This document shows, in pieces, positions 32,601-45,445 of a DNA stretch of 64,000 nt; position 1 is the stretch's first letter, and the number at the start of each line of letters is the position of its first letter. Below the pieces are notes generated by a model. The model searched no databases, was not told where the DNA came from, and saw only the letters and a list, made by a program, of their open reading frames with translations. The position numbers and the translations under genes were made by a program. This DNA is from Rebecca billardiae RCC1528 (taxonomy: Eukaryota > Protista > Haptophyta): contig OZ251222.1 in NCBI GenBank assembly GCA_965240325.2, forward strand, positions 3,100,001 to 3,164,000, in the 5' to 3' direction.

Positions 32601-35460
32601 CCGCCGTCCTCGACCGATTTGCGCGGCAGGATCGTGCTCGAGAGGCCGAGGTTGCCCTTCACGAGCGCGCCGAGGTTGGCCGCGCGCTCGAGGTCGAAGC
32701 GGCGCTTGCCGCCGTCCATCTTCGCCGCGAGCATCGCCGAGAGGTCCACCGGGTTGACGAGCGCCTGCTCGGTGCCGTCGATGGAGAAGAGCGTGCCCTT
32801 CTTCTCCTTGTTGGTGTCCAGCAGCACGCTCGAGTCGGGCGAGAAGCTCAGGCCGCGCGGCGGGTACTCGCGCTTGCCGCAGCGCTTGACGAGCATGTGC
32901 GTCATCACGTCGATGACGTACACGCCGCCGGCGTGCCCGCCCGCCGCGAGCAGCGCGTCGTCGCTCGAGAACGCGAGGGCGATCACGACCTCGCCGGGCA
33001 TCTCCGTGCGGCCGATCGACTCCTTGCTCTCGACGTCCACAAACACGATCACCTTCTCGCCGCCCACGGCGACGACGTCGCCGCGGTTGGAGCCGGCGAG
33101 CGCCTTCACGTCGTCCCCGCCGCCGAGGTCGAGCCGCGACTGGCGCACGAGCAGCTTGAGCTCGTCGTACGTCTCCGTCTTCTTGAGGAAGGCCAGCTCC
33201 GGGATGCGCGGCACGCGCGCCATCCACGTCTTGGGCCGCGCGCGCCGCAGCATCAGCGTCGCGCTCCGGTGCACGGCAGCGTCGACGTTGTACACGGCGA
33301 GCGTGTCCTCGGTGACGACCGCGAGCTCCCTGCCGCGCGGGCCGAACTTGAGGTCCTGGACCTCGCCGGTCAGGAGCTGCGACTCCTCCGCCGCCTTGAC
33401 CGTGATGTCCCACTTGGCGTTGACGCCCTTGGCGCCGCCGCTGTCGGCCTTGCCGTTGGAGTCCTTGTTGAGCGCGCGCACGTGCACCTTGGAGCGGCGC
33501 ACCTTGTCGGACGAGCCGCCGCCCCACGCCTGCGCGATGGCGAGCGAGCGCCCGTCGGGCGAGAAGACCAGCTTGACGATCTCCTCCTCGTGCGGGTAGT
33601 CAAAGTTCTTCGTCTCGGACGACGGGAACTCGCCGTTCGAGCCGCGCTCGTGCCCCTTGCCCGGGATGAACCTGAGCTCGAGCCGCGTCTGCTTCGTCTT
33701 GCCGACGTTCCACGCGTACGCAGTCGCGATCCAGCGCGAGTTGTCGAGCATCGCCATCGAGACGGCGAAGGCAGTCACCTTGCTCCGCGTCGCGAAGGTG
33801 CCGCGCTCCTGCCGGTCCGTCATCAGGTCGTACTTGACCAACTCGCCCTTGGTCGTCGCCGTGAGCAGGTGGCCGTCGCGCGTGAAGGAGCACACCTTGG
33901 CGAGCGGCACGTGCTCGTTCGTGCCCTGCGAGGTGGGCAGCTGGTGCAGCTTGGCGAGCGCCTCCTTGCGGTCGAAGTCGCACACGTACGCGGCCGCGGA
34001 GGACGCCGCCGCGCTCTGCTGCTTGGTCGCCGTCACGGTGGTGCCCATGCACGCGAAGAGCTGCCGGCCGCGGCTGGCTTTCTCGACGTCCTGCATGTCA
34101 TCGGAGGTGGCAGCGGCGGCGTCCTTGTCGCGCGGCGGGTGTGAGAAGGCGATAGACCACACGGCGGCCGACTCGAGCGCGATGCTGTACTTCACCTGCG
34201 CGCGGCACGCGCCCAAGGGGCGACGGGCACGCGCTTGAGCCCGGCCGAGCCCGGCGCCGGTCGCTGGTCGCCGGTCGCCGCGCGCGCACGCGAGGCGCGC
34301 GTGCGACTGCAGGCCGGGTCGCAAGGGGTGCACGCACGCGCACGCACCTCCCACTCCTTGGTGCTGACGAGCTCGACGCGGTAGCCGGCGGCCATGCCGA
34401 CGGCCAGCAGCGAGTCGTCCTCGTTGAAGTCCATGCACGTCACCTCGTGCTCGATGATCACGCGGCGGATGTAGTCCTTGCGGTCCTCCACGCTGCCCTT
34501 GTTGCTCGAGCTGTACACAAAGAGCTCGCGCTTGTTGTTGCCGCGCACACCCTGGTTGGCGGCGAGCACGAGCCACTTCTCCTGGTTGGCGTAGGTGATG
34601 ACGGCAGAGTCGAGGTCGCGCACGAATTGCGGCACGTTCATCTCGTTCGCCGCGCCCTTGTTCACCACCGAGGAGCCAGCGAGCGTCGGCTTGTACAGCG
34701 TGAGCTTCACGTCGCTCTTCTGGCCGCTGCCCGACAGCTTCTGCTGCAGCTTGCTCTTCGGCTTGGTGAGGAAGGCGATGGCAAACCTGTCCGCACTGGG
34801 GCTCACGGCGACGTAGTAGATCTTCTCGATATCGCCCGTCTTGGCCTGCAGCGGCACGTTGACGCCCTTGCCCACCGACGGCGCCTTGCCCGACGAGGGC
34901 GTGCTGAACGCGTACAGCCGCACCTCCTTCTGGATGCGCCGGTCCTTGCTCTCGTGCTGCTTCACGTTCTTGTCCTCGCCGTCACCCGCGCCCGAGAGGT
35001 GGTACATCGTGCCGCTCGTGCTCGTCAGCCACACCACGAGCAGGCTCGTGCCGCTCGAGGACGTCGCCATGGCCACGCGGTGATACGAGGTCGAGGCGCC
35101 GGGTGCCTGCGACTGCTGCACGTCGGCGAGCAGCTCCGGGCCCTTGAGCGCCTTCGCGTCGCTGTTGATCACCGCGAAGCCGCCTCGCCCGCCGACGGCG
35201 CAGACAGCGCCCTTCGATCCGATGTCCGACATCGACGAGACCGACTTGAGACGCACACTGCCACTCTGCCCGGCCAGCGGTGCGTACTTGATTGCGCGCT
35301 CGGCGAGGTTGGCATCGACAAACTTTGCCGCCGGCGTGTCAACGGGGGTATCTTCGGCGGGGGTTGGGTCCTCGAACTCGTCGCTCGTCTCGTCGTCATC
35401 GTCGATCAACGCCTCATCGTCCATCCCGTTGGAGCTCTTCGACCGCATGAACTTCTTCAT
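29623..35460 (-). CDS. TRP-family cation channel with large N-terminal WD40/beta-propeller region (~1792 aa)
   Basis: Exons 35460-34348, 34195-30510, 30390-30251, 30139-30000, 29922-29623 (5379 nt, all GT-AG, frame kept). WD-like blades FSPDGRSLAIA, ALAFSSDDALLAAGG, LSFSPDSSVLL. Channel motifs NPWNLFD, LRGFELTGWLIMALIQNLRDM, pore FNMGIFGDFD and S6/TRP-like LNALIALLGDSYAHV. C-terminal coiled coil. Confidence 0.88.
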
Positions 35461-36630
35461 GGCGCCAAGGCCGCTCGCGTGAGCAGTCTCGGTCGCGCGC
35501 GGGCAGGTGCGCGGCTAGCTTTTCGGCGGCCCGGCCGGCCGCCAGCCGCCGAGGCGAGGCGCACTCTAATAATAATCAGGGTTCGTCGGCGCCTACGTAC
35601 CCGCCATTGGATGCACCGAAAAGTCAACAGCGGGCACGGCTGTTACTCAGGCGGGTGTGGATTACTATCACCGCCTTCTAATGACCCTGTAACGGCCGGC
35701 GGGTCGCTCTGCGACCCGCTGCAGAGGCGCACAGTGAGTAGAATTAAGGGGCGGACCTACGGCCCGCCATTCGATTGGGTTGCAACGGTTGTCAATAAGT
35801 AAGTCTGACGACATATCGTCATTCAGCCGCCATAACAAGTCGCTGACGTCTGGCTGAATCTCTATGTGAGTATGTGACACCGAGCCGGCGCAGTCGGCAG
35901 TAGCGCGCGCGCACGACCGCGCGACGGCGCGCGGAGTCGGTTTTGAGTGCTTATTCCGACGGCTGGGCTGGGCTCTGGAACATATTTGCAAGTGACTCCG
36001 CGAGCGCCACGCTCGTCAGACACCTACATGACATGGTTGTCGAAATCACAAATCAATGCCGGCTGCTGTCATGCCTCATGGTCATGCGGACCGCCCCTAC
36101 TCCCTTAGACTGAGAGACTCGGACCGCAGGTCCGCGGCGGGTCGGGGGTCCGAGCGGGGTGCCAGCCACTGGGCAGCCAGGCTGACTCGTCCCGGGTGAC
36201 CCGCCGGCGGCCTGCTAAAGAATTCAAGATTGGCTACTGCTGGTTCAGGAACACCGTTCACTCTTTCAGAACCCGCGGGCGTGCGGGCGCGCGGCTCACG
36301 CGCCAGAATCATGTCTCCATTTTAAATAATATAATATAATTGTTTTCATCTCCGAAATCAAAATGACGCCCGCGGACACTCAACGGTAGCAAACAGTTTG
36401 TCTACGTCGCCTGTGCCATATCGTCGACTCTGACTCTGTGCCACATCTAGCTGAGGACTGTGACGTTCGTGGCCAGCTGGTAAACGCGCTGTATAAAGTC
36501 GTGTGTGCCCGACGTGCGGTGCCAAACGCGGCGTCAGCCACGAGCCGCAGAACTCGACGGAACGGCTATGCCGGCACGATGATGCTGGGGGCGTGGGATG
36601 GCTGTCGGCGCGCACAGCTTGCGAGCGAGC

Positions 36631-37386
36631 TCAGGCTCCATCCTCGGGCAGCAACACCCGATCCACCGTGAAATGGCCAACTCCGTCGATGAGACGAAAC
36701 GAAGCGTGGACCTTGACAGCATCACAGCCAAAGTCGTAGCGACCGCCATCTACGCATCGCCTGTACGCCGGCCGCGGGTCCGCGGCGAGGATGTCTCGAA
36801 TCGTCTGGGCTAGCTCGTCGCTGTTGCGTGCGAGGCGCAACTTGCTCGCTGGCACTGCTGCCACGTCGTCGAGAGCAGCCGGGGTGAATTGAACCTTGCA
36901 GAGGGGCTCACCAGCACCCTCGACCCATTCAGGTACCGCGACTGTGCGCGAGTCTGGGCGATCGTAGGCCGGAATGTACGGCTTGATGTCCACGACGGGG
37001 GTGCCGTCCACCAGATCCACGCCGCTCAGCTCGAGCATGTCGTCGCAGATGCCCTCAAGACGTGCAAGACTGAGGCCGATGTCGTTCGGCCGATGAGGGG
37101 AGCGTGTGGCGAACACGCCGATGCGCTGCCCTCCGAGACGGGGCACCTGGATCTTTGGCCGGAGAGGCTGCTCGACCACGTGGTGGAATGAGAAGAGCAG
37201 CCACACGTGCGAGAAGCCTCGGATGCCGGCGAGTGTGTCGCGCGCGTTCACATTCACTCCTGGCAAGCGCGAGATGCGCAGCCGTGCGCGTGTCGACGGG
37301 CTGTATCGCCCTTGCCGAGGCGTCGCGAACTTAGTGGGAAAGGCCGTCTCGATGAAGCCAATGGGCTTCCAGGGGCGGACGACCAT
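36631..37386 (-). CDS. TRMO: tRNA (N6-threonylcarbamoyladenosine(37)-N6)-methyltransferase TrmO/TsaA
   Basis: PIGFIET..KFATPRQG, GFSHVWLLFSFH, GVFATRSPHRPNDIGLS, GVDLVDGTPVVDIKPYIP, DPRPAY. Start at the first in-frame ATG. Confidence 0.93.
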   Translation of the reverse strand: MVVRPWKPIGFIETAFPTKFATPRQGRYSPSTRARLRISRLPGVNVNARDTLAGIRGFSHVWLLFSFHHVVEQPLRPKIQVPRLGGQRIGVFATRSPHRPNDIGLSLARLEGICDDMLELSGVDLVDGTPVVDIKPYIPAYDRPDSRTVAVPEWVEGAGEPLCKVQFTPAALDDVAAVPASKLRLARNSDELAQTIRDILAADPRPAYRRCVDGGRYDFGCDAVKVHASFRLIDGVGHFTVDRVLLPEDGA

Positions 37387-37803
37387 GGCAAGTCCCCGAT
37401 GTACAAGTAAAGGGAGGCCCTTTACTTCTCGCGAGGAGCGGCGGCCATCGTACTCAGCTTCGGGGATTTCTCCGACTCGATCGTCGCAGATTCGTGAGTC
37501 CGTTACTCTGCGCCGTAACCGGCAACCGCCAACGTGCGTCACTGCGTCCGCAGCCCACGACGGCGCGGCCCCGGGTTCCGGCGCGAAAAGCAGCCCGGAA
37601 GACCGGCAGGTGACCGTTATCCGATTGTACGCGGCCTTAATTCGCAGGCGTGATGAACGGTGCGGCGCCGAACGAACACAGCGGCACGGCCGGTGCGCTT
37701 GCGGTCGCCCACCGCAGCAAGGCGGAAAGCGTGCCGCTTCGCACAGTGGACGGCATCAACGGGCAAGCGGAGAAGCGCGCCCTTTGGCGGCAACGCAAGC
37801 ACA

Positions 37804-38886
37804 ATGCTGGAAGAGCAACACGCTGACGCCGCGGACGAGGAGGAGATGTTCGAAACCACGCACACCCACATGGACACGCCGGCGATGACCCTCTCCGCCT
37901 TCTGGCCCGGCCCGCAGATCGAGTCACGTGCGCGCTTTGCGCCCTTCGGTTTCTCACGTTGTGCCCGCTGCCGAGGGCGGCACGCGACGTGGCGCCCGTG
38001 CGGTGTGAGGTGATGGGAGGGTGCGGGGAGGCCGCGCGAGGAGAATATCGACTGTGCCGCGTGCTTTCAGCCACCACCGCCCCCGCCTCTGTGACCACGG
38101 CCCGCCTGCTCCCTTTCCCGTTTCGCGCTCGCCGCAGCATTCAATCCGGCTGCGCATTCATGGATCATGGTACCCAACGAGGAGGCGGCCCCCGTGGCTG
38201 ATGAGGTGGCCGGCGACGTTGATCGTGCCGACGAGGACAACCGCGTGCTGGCCAGCTTGGGAAATCTCGCGCCACCCCTGAACGCTGCCACGCTCCCTTC
38301 ACCAGCGACTTCGGAGGTCGCGCAGCTCGTTGAGGGCGCACGCACATCCGGATTCGGCGCCAGCGAGGCGGACATTCCGGATGGTGTGCCTGCGTGGACA
38401 CAGCAGTGCGGCACCGCGCTGCAAGACCAAATGAGCGCGTCGATGGACTGGGTGCACGCCCAATGCGAGGTGCGCGCGCGCGCATTTCGCGGCTGCAGCC
38501 GCGAGCGGGCAGGCCCCATGCTCATCTCGCGCCCGCGCCTCTCTCCTGCGCCGTCTACTCTCGCGCAGGGCGAGCAGGCGGCAGGCTCGCTGCACGCATG
38601 CAGTGCGACGGGCCCCGCCTCAAAGCATGTCCGCGCATCTCTGGACACCGCAGCGGGAGCGCACAAGCGGCAACTCCACAGCGAAGGCGAGGGCAGCAAG
38701 CTGTCAGCGCTCATCGCCAACGCGTGCTCGTCGGACGTCAAGTGGCTGCTGATTACGCACGCTGCCACGCTGATCGTCGGCGTGTACTTCGGTCATGCTT
38801 GGAGCTCGGCGTCGTCGTCCAAGTCCACCGTTTGCGCCCCTTCGACCGGAGCGAGGGAGGCCCTGCCACAGCCACGGGTTGCCTGA
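37804..38886 (+). CDS. Hypothetical acidic protein with a single C-terminal TM helix
   Basis: Exons 37804-37927, 38138-38469, 38569-38886 join in frame via GTGCGC...GCAG introns. Hydrophobic WLLITHAATLIVGVYFGHAW near the C-terminus. Confidence 0.65.
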
Positions 38887-41096
38887 GCCGAGGCCCGGCA
38901 AGCACTAAGCAGCGCGCCCTGGCTGCTGGCAACTGCCCCGAATGCATGATACTGTATGCATATGCAGCCTGCGCGGCAGTGTCGTTGCACCCGGCTAATC
39001 GACCTCAGGTTAACGTGACCACGTGCGATCAGGGTCGCGAAGTTGCGCGAATAAGCGATCGCTGCGATGAGGCCGAGTGTGCCCGTCAGTGTGCGAAGCC
39101 GAGCCAAGCGCGGCCACCGCTTAAGTTTAACAGTGCAGGGCAACGCGCCGACTAGTGACTGTTGTACAGCCACGCCGGCTCTAAGCCCGCGGTCCGTCCG
39201 AATCCCGGACACCCGGACCCGGCGGACTCGGGGCACCCGGGCCCAGGGTCCCGGGGCCGCCGGGCGCCGGGGGGCGGACCCGGCCAAGAGGCAAGAGTGT
39301 GTCGTGTGAAGTGACGAGTACGGACTACGGTGACTGCTCACCGTGAGGCCACAGAGTATAGGGGGGCCAAAGTGGCACTGTAGCGTTACTGACGGCCACG
39401 AGCGCGGGTCCTAGCGAGTGTTTAGAGCTGATTTCGGGCTGGATCATTTGCCCTCTGGAGGGGTCTGGGCCGGCCACGTAAAAAGATCAGGTGCACATAC
39501 CCTGAATATAGGGCGTAACGGCTAGCATATTTACTTATTAGAATGAGCCTGAACTTATTGGAAACGGCATGTAACGGTCGTCCTATATGTGACATATAGA
39601 CCATGTCGACCTCACTTTGATAGAGCATCTCAGCGAGATCGTTCTGAGTCCCCAGCAGCAGCAGGTCCCAACATGCGATATAGGCTGTGTACTGGCAGGC
39701 TGTCAAATATGTAGTTTCCTAGAAGCCACCGGTCGTTACATACCCACCGTGTATATAGGCGCCATGCTGATGAATACAGTCTCGTCTGATCTCGAGCTGC
39801 GAGATACGTTTTCAGACTGTGTATACGGCCACGCGTACAGCGTATTGCAGACATAGTAGACCCAAAGCACCGGCCCCACGTCCTCAGCCCGGGAGTGCTC
39901 TCGGTCATAGTCAAGGTTTAAAGTCACTCGAGCCAACCGTCACCGCTCCCTGGCCGAGACCTACGAGGCAGGTCAAATCTGTCGTCGTCGCAGTGCGGCA
40001 CAGTGCCGAGCATGCGATTCGGCAGCAAACGTCTGCTCCAGGCGGTGGCTGGCGTGTCTGCACCAAACCAGGCTGGATGGGATCGGTCCATATAGGTACG
40101 CACTACCCTGTTCCGCGCTATTTCTGGGCTTAGGGGCGGATATTCGGCCTACAGAGGCTGATCCGGCGCTGTTCGGCGCTCCTGGCTGGCTTCGCGGAGC
40201 CCAACGGCACGCGCCGGCGTGTGCAAGGTGTCAAGATTGAGACGGTCTCTGACGCTCCCGCCGGTCTTGGGCGCACCAGGGTGCATGAGGGCCCATCTGC
40301 ATCTGCTTCTGCAGGCATGAGCGTCACAGGGGCGCGCTTGCAGGCACGGTCGAGTGCACGTCGGAGGCTGTCGAATGAGCCAACCGCTGCCTGCGAGCAC
40401 GTCCGCGACGTCCTGAGAGGCGAATGGGAGGCGCCCAGACGCCATCAGAGGGCACACGTGACCCATACCCAACGTACTGACCATCGCAAGTGCCACGGCA
40501 GGTGCAAACACGGGCCCTACAAGCGGAACATGACAGTTGCGAGCTCCGCGGAGGTGTTGCGCGCGAGCTCGCGCCGGTCTGCTGACGGCGATTCCGGCGC
40601 AGTAGGGCAGGTTAGGCGAGTTGACCATGCACATACATACCTAGACACCTGCTCCGAGCACCGATCTCACCACTCCGAGTTGATCATGACCCACACCGAG
40701 CGGTAGCGTGACGGGCGCACGCAGCGCGCCAATTCAAGCCGGCCGACGCGCGCCGCGCACGGCGCGAGGTGGCCAAGAAGCGGGTGGTGAGCCGCTGGTG
40801 GCGCAAAGGCACGGGTCAGTAGCGCCAACCAGCGTCACGCGCGCGCGCACCCGAGACCATCTCGGCGTCTCAAAGGTCGCGAGCGCGCGGCGGTCCACTG
40901 CCTCCGGCCGCTCGCGCTGGAGCGGAACCGAGCTCTGAGCGTCCGAAGGCGTCGGAGCTCGATTTTCGAGCGGGGTCCGAGAAAAAGGCTCCGCGCCACC
41001 CTAAAAGGCCGAGGGCGGAGCGAAAATGCGACGCGACTTTGCTTTTCATTTTTAAATGGGCGGTTTGGCCCCCCTACAGAGTATACAATCCGGATA

Positions 41097-41532
<436 letters not shown>

Positions 41533-42565
41533 TAGCGGAATGACTCTGGCGCACGGCCCCCCGAAAGGTCTCGGAGCGTGAGCGAAAGCCGGGGGGGGGG
41601 GGGCGCACGTGCGCTCTGCAAAATCAAAAAAGATATTAAAGTGGCGCGCGTGATGCGCTGGTGGGGATCAGTTTGATGTACTTTTAGCAGCCTCAGGGAC
41701 AGGGGGATGAAAGCTGCTGCTAATGAATGACATTCAGCCCCCTTGATGACGGCTTGATTGCGTTCGTACTATCCGATTACAGGCAATCGCGGGCAATAAG
41801 AAGTCAGAGATCTCAATCAAGGCTAGTCGAGCGGTTTCTTAGCCGTTCGGTAGCCCGACCGCCTACGGAGTCTCAGTTTCTTAGCTAGGTCCGCCCGCCG
41901 CGCAGGCACGGGGGGTGCAGGGGGGCTTCGGAGCCCCCCGCTGAGTCTTTACGGGCCCGGCCGGCGGCGGCGAGGCCGAAGAAAATAACATTTCCAGGGC
42001 CATTTTGGAGCAAAAGTCCGTGGCATGATGTTGCATGGATGCTGCGGTGCACTGGCCAGGAGTCAGTCATCAGGAGAAGTCGGGAATCCTTGACCTGTAC
42101 TCGTAGTCGGGCCGCGCGCCGCCGGTCCCATGGGCACTGCGCCTCGGCGGACCACTCGTCAGCCGCCGGACGACATAGTACTCCCGGTTTCTTAGTGTGA
42201 CTAGCTACTCTGACTCATGCGTATAGCGCAGCACTGAAACCAGCCAATCGCTAGTCTCAGTTTCTAGGCCAGATCCGCAGATAGCAAGCCCCAGTTTCTT
42301 AATGTGACAGCTCCTTATCAGTGCATGCCCGCGATTGCCTACTCGGTATTCCCCTGCTCGTATTAATTAATCTCTTATTTCGATTTTGCAGCATGGATAC
42401 TAATATAGGACAATTCCCTCGCTGATTAATAGCAACAGCACTGAATGGCCTTGGTCCGCCGTTCTTGGCCCAATCACTCCAATGCGGGTGGCATTCCGTC
42501 ACCGACGCGCGGTGCAAGCCGAAGCCCGAATGAAGTTGCCGATAGGCTGCGTTAGACTCCTCGGC

Positions 42566-43912
42566 TCACTGCTTATGACGCGATCGGGAAAATCTTCGTC
42601 TAGGCCACGTCGCACGACTGCAGCTGCGGCGGCCCGTGCTCAACGAGCGCTGCGACTCCGTGCCCGCGCGTAGCCTGGGCCGTCTCGGCGCCAGACCGCC
42701 ATCGGGCTCGGAGGCAGCTTGTGCGCGTCGCCGCAACGCTCCGATGGCACGCGTCAGCGCGGACACCGAGAGCCGCCTTGGCGACGATTCGGAGCCGCGA
42801 CCCACGGCTGCCTGCCCGTTCCCGCTCGCCGCAGGATTGGGCGTGCCAGCGCTCGAGGCGGACGTCGGCCGCGCGCCCGGAGCCGTGTCCGTGGTGATGG
42901 CGGAGGCGGCGTCACGAATGGCCCCCATCGCAGAGCGCGTGGCGTTCGAGAAGCCCTCGCCAAGGGCGACGGCCAGGGCCACAGCGAGTGGCGGGTTTGT
43001 CGTCGTCAGCACCATGCGCTGCGAGCTTGAGCGCGGTGGGAGCACGACGCCTGCGGCGCGGGCCAGCTCGCCCAGTGTGACGCGGCCGTCAGCATCGATG
43101 TCGGCACCAGCCAGCACCGTCGAGCCTCGCGCGGCGCCGTCGCGAAGTGCGGTCACCAGCGTCTCGAGCGTCACGATCAGCGGCGCCGTGACGAGCATCT
43201 GTGCGGCGTCGAGCACGTTCGCGTCCAGGGAGCTGCGGAGCACGACCTGCCCTCCCACCGCCTTGCGCACGCGCGACGGTATGGCGGAGGGGGGCGCCGC
43301 GCCTCCGGAGAAGAGGTCAATCAGCTCGTCGATCGTGACTGCGCGGTCACCATTGCGGTCGGCGCGCTCGAGGAGGTCCTCGGAGGCGCGGTCCACGTCG
43401 AGCACCAGGTCCTTGAGGTCGTTGAGAAGGCGAGCGAGCTTGCGCTCGCGCCTCCCGCTCTCCGTGTCCGCGCTCATGATGTCCTCGATGTCGACCTCGC
43501 CCACAAGCACCTTGTACAGCTGCACGGGCGACAGCTCGAGCATGATGAGCTCGCGCACGAAGCCGCCGACGATGGGCGAGAGCACAGGCTGCGGAAGGCG
43601 CGCTCCGAGCGTGCCAAGGGCGTTGTACACGATCGCCCTGAAGGAGGTGCGCTCGAACCGGTACTCATGTTCGGAGGGGACGGGGGACGACAGCCACACG
43701 CTCCCGGCGCTGAGGTCAACGCTCCGAGGTCGAAGAGTCTGAGGTGCGCGCGTGCGTGCTCGGCGCAAGGCAGAGGCCGCGGTGCCGCCGAGCCGTGTTG
43801 GCGCCAACACCCCAACGAGCAAGGCTAGCACGAGTGCGGCCAGGCGGGGTGCTCGCAGGCGATGTCGGCGCAACGGAGCGTGGCTGCCCGATCGCAGAGA
43901 CACCGACACCAT
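42566..43912 (-). CDS. EF-hand protein with N-terminal hydrophobic leader
   Basis: EF loops DRNGDRAVTIDEL and DIDADGRVTLGEL. Leader LAALVLALLVGVLAP. Start at the first in-frame ATG. Confidence 0.7.
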   Translation of the reverse strand: MVSVSLRSGSHAPLRRHRLRAPRLAALVLALLVGVLAPTRLGGTAASALRRARTRAPQTLRPRSVDLSAGSVWLSSPVPSEHEYRFERTSFRAIVYNALGTLGARLPQPVLSPIVGGFVRELIMLELSPVQLYKVLVGEVDIEDIMSADTESGRRERKLARLLNDLKDLVLDVDRASEDLLERADRNGDRAVTIDELIDLFSGGAAPPSAIPSRVRKAVGGQVVLRSSLDANVLDAAQMLVTAPLIVTLETLVTALRDGAARGSTVLAGADIDADGRVTLGELARAAGVVLPPRSSSQRMVLTTTNPPLAVALAVALGEGFSNATRSAMGAIRDAASAITTDTAPGARPTSASSAGTPNPAASGNGQAAVGRGSESSPRRLSVSALTRAIGALRRRAQAASEPDGGLAPRRPRLRAGTESQRSLSTGRRSCSRATWPRRRFSRSRHKQ

Positions 43913-44754
43913 CGGCAGCGCGGCTGGCACGGGCGCGGCATACAGGTCGCTGCTTCGTTTTTCGGACTGCTTCGTTTTTCGGACCCGGGCGATGGCGACA
44001 GTGGCTCGCTCATCGGCGGGTGCGTGGCGGGCGCGCCGCGGCAGGGCTGAGCAGCCTGTCGGCGCGTGGGGTGACGTGCCCGTCACTATACGTCACCAGT
44101 CGGGTCGCGGTGCCTGCTGGCATCGTCCTCGGCCGCTCGCAGCTCAGGCGCTGCGCTGATCGGTACGCCCGCGCTTACGCTGTGCGCGCCGGCCGGGCCC
44201 AGCGCAAGCGCCTCGATGAAGGCGGCTAAGGGCGTCAAGCCGTACTCGGTTGAGGCGAACGCGGAGGCCTACAAGATATAGCGCGCGGTAGTTGCCCAGA
44301 AGGCGGCTGCCATGCGGTGGTGTTGGGGCGCGCGGCTGCGTGCTCGGCCGACAACGAGCCCTCTGGCGTGCTCGCATCATCGAAGTTGAGTGTGTTCACA
44401 GCCACGCCGGCGGGGATGCGCTGGAAGATTGCTCCAGCCTTCCGCGCCAACGTTGAGCTTGCCAAGCAGTAGTCGGCACGCCAGGCCGCCAAGCTCGCGC
44501 GCCTGCGTGAGCAGCACGAGGCCGAACTTGTTGACGTGCGCTAGGCTGAGGCGGTGAGGTTCGACGCGGCTGAGCTCGCCGACCAGCTCGGTATCCTTCC
44601 TGTACCCGCCGTAGAGGTCGCCGCGCCGAAGCCGGACAACATGCGGCTCAATGATGGCCAGAATGACTCGTGGTCGTTGCGGGAAATCAACCAGAAGAAG
44701 GCCGCGCGAGCTGCGCAGAAGGAGGCGGAGGCAGCGCGTGCGCGTGCTGGCCCG

Positions 44755-45445
44755 CGGTCCGAAAGTTCACCCGGTCGACGTCGACGGCGAACGCCGGACG
44801 GTGCCCGCGTCGCAGGGTCTGGAGTCGCTGACATCGACAGTCGCCTGGTGAGCATGCTTACCTGCCCCTGGGATTGGCTGCTACACGCACGTGATGTCTG
44901 GAATGTATGATGCCGTCAGCCCGACTCGAATGGCCTACCAGGCCGCAGCTGCTAGCAGACTCCGCGTGCGTGCTGAGAGCATGCGGTCCGAAAGTGGTCG
45001 ACGGTGCCCGCGGTGGCGCAGCCGCAGCTGCCGCCTGGGGCTGGCGCGGAAGCTGAGTGAGCAGGTTCGTCCGTTCCTGAGGTGGTCTACTGCATGTATG
45101 TAATGTCTAGAATGCATGCATGATGCCGTTAGCCCGACTCACACGGCTCACTGAGTCAGACCGCTCACCAGGCAGCGGCTCTGACTCGGCGCGCGCGCTG
45201 AGAGCCCGCGGGTCCGAAAGTTGAAGCATGCCGTCGGCGGCCCCGTCGTGGACCTCGTGGCGTCCGTGGGGCACATGGTAGTGGAACAAAGTCGTCTAAA
45301 TGGCACATAGCCGCTGGGTTGTACCTCAGGCACACCCTGGGGGTGCCGCCAGACGCGATCTCGAGCCCGCAGACCCCCGTGGGCGCCGCCGCCATGGTGC
45401 ACAAAAAGTGAACAGCAATCGGGTCCGAAAGTTGAAGCAGCGACC
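44755..45445. repeat. Degenerate tandem repeat, ~210-230-bp period
   Basis: GGTCCGAAAGT recurs at ~44756, ~44985, ~45211 and ~45422. TGATGCCGTYAGCCCGACTC recurs at ~44908 and ~45121. Confidence 0.65.

Noticed and set aside
41905-41945. GGGGGCTTCGGAGCCCCC hairpin as a Helitron 3' end or terminator
   Set aside because: No adjacent CTRR terminus and no second copy in the window.
44755-45445. Regularly spaced motif as a CRISPR array or hammerhead ribozyme (CTGAGAG...CGAAA)
   Set aside because: The period is ~220 bp with homologous 'spacers' and no cas genes. The hammerhead core lacks a base of CUGAnGA and I could not build stems I/III.
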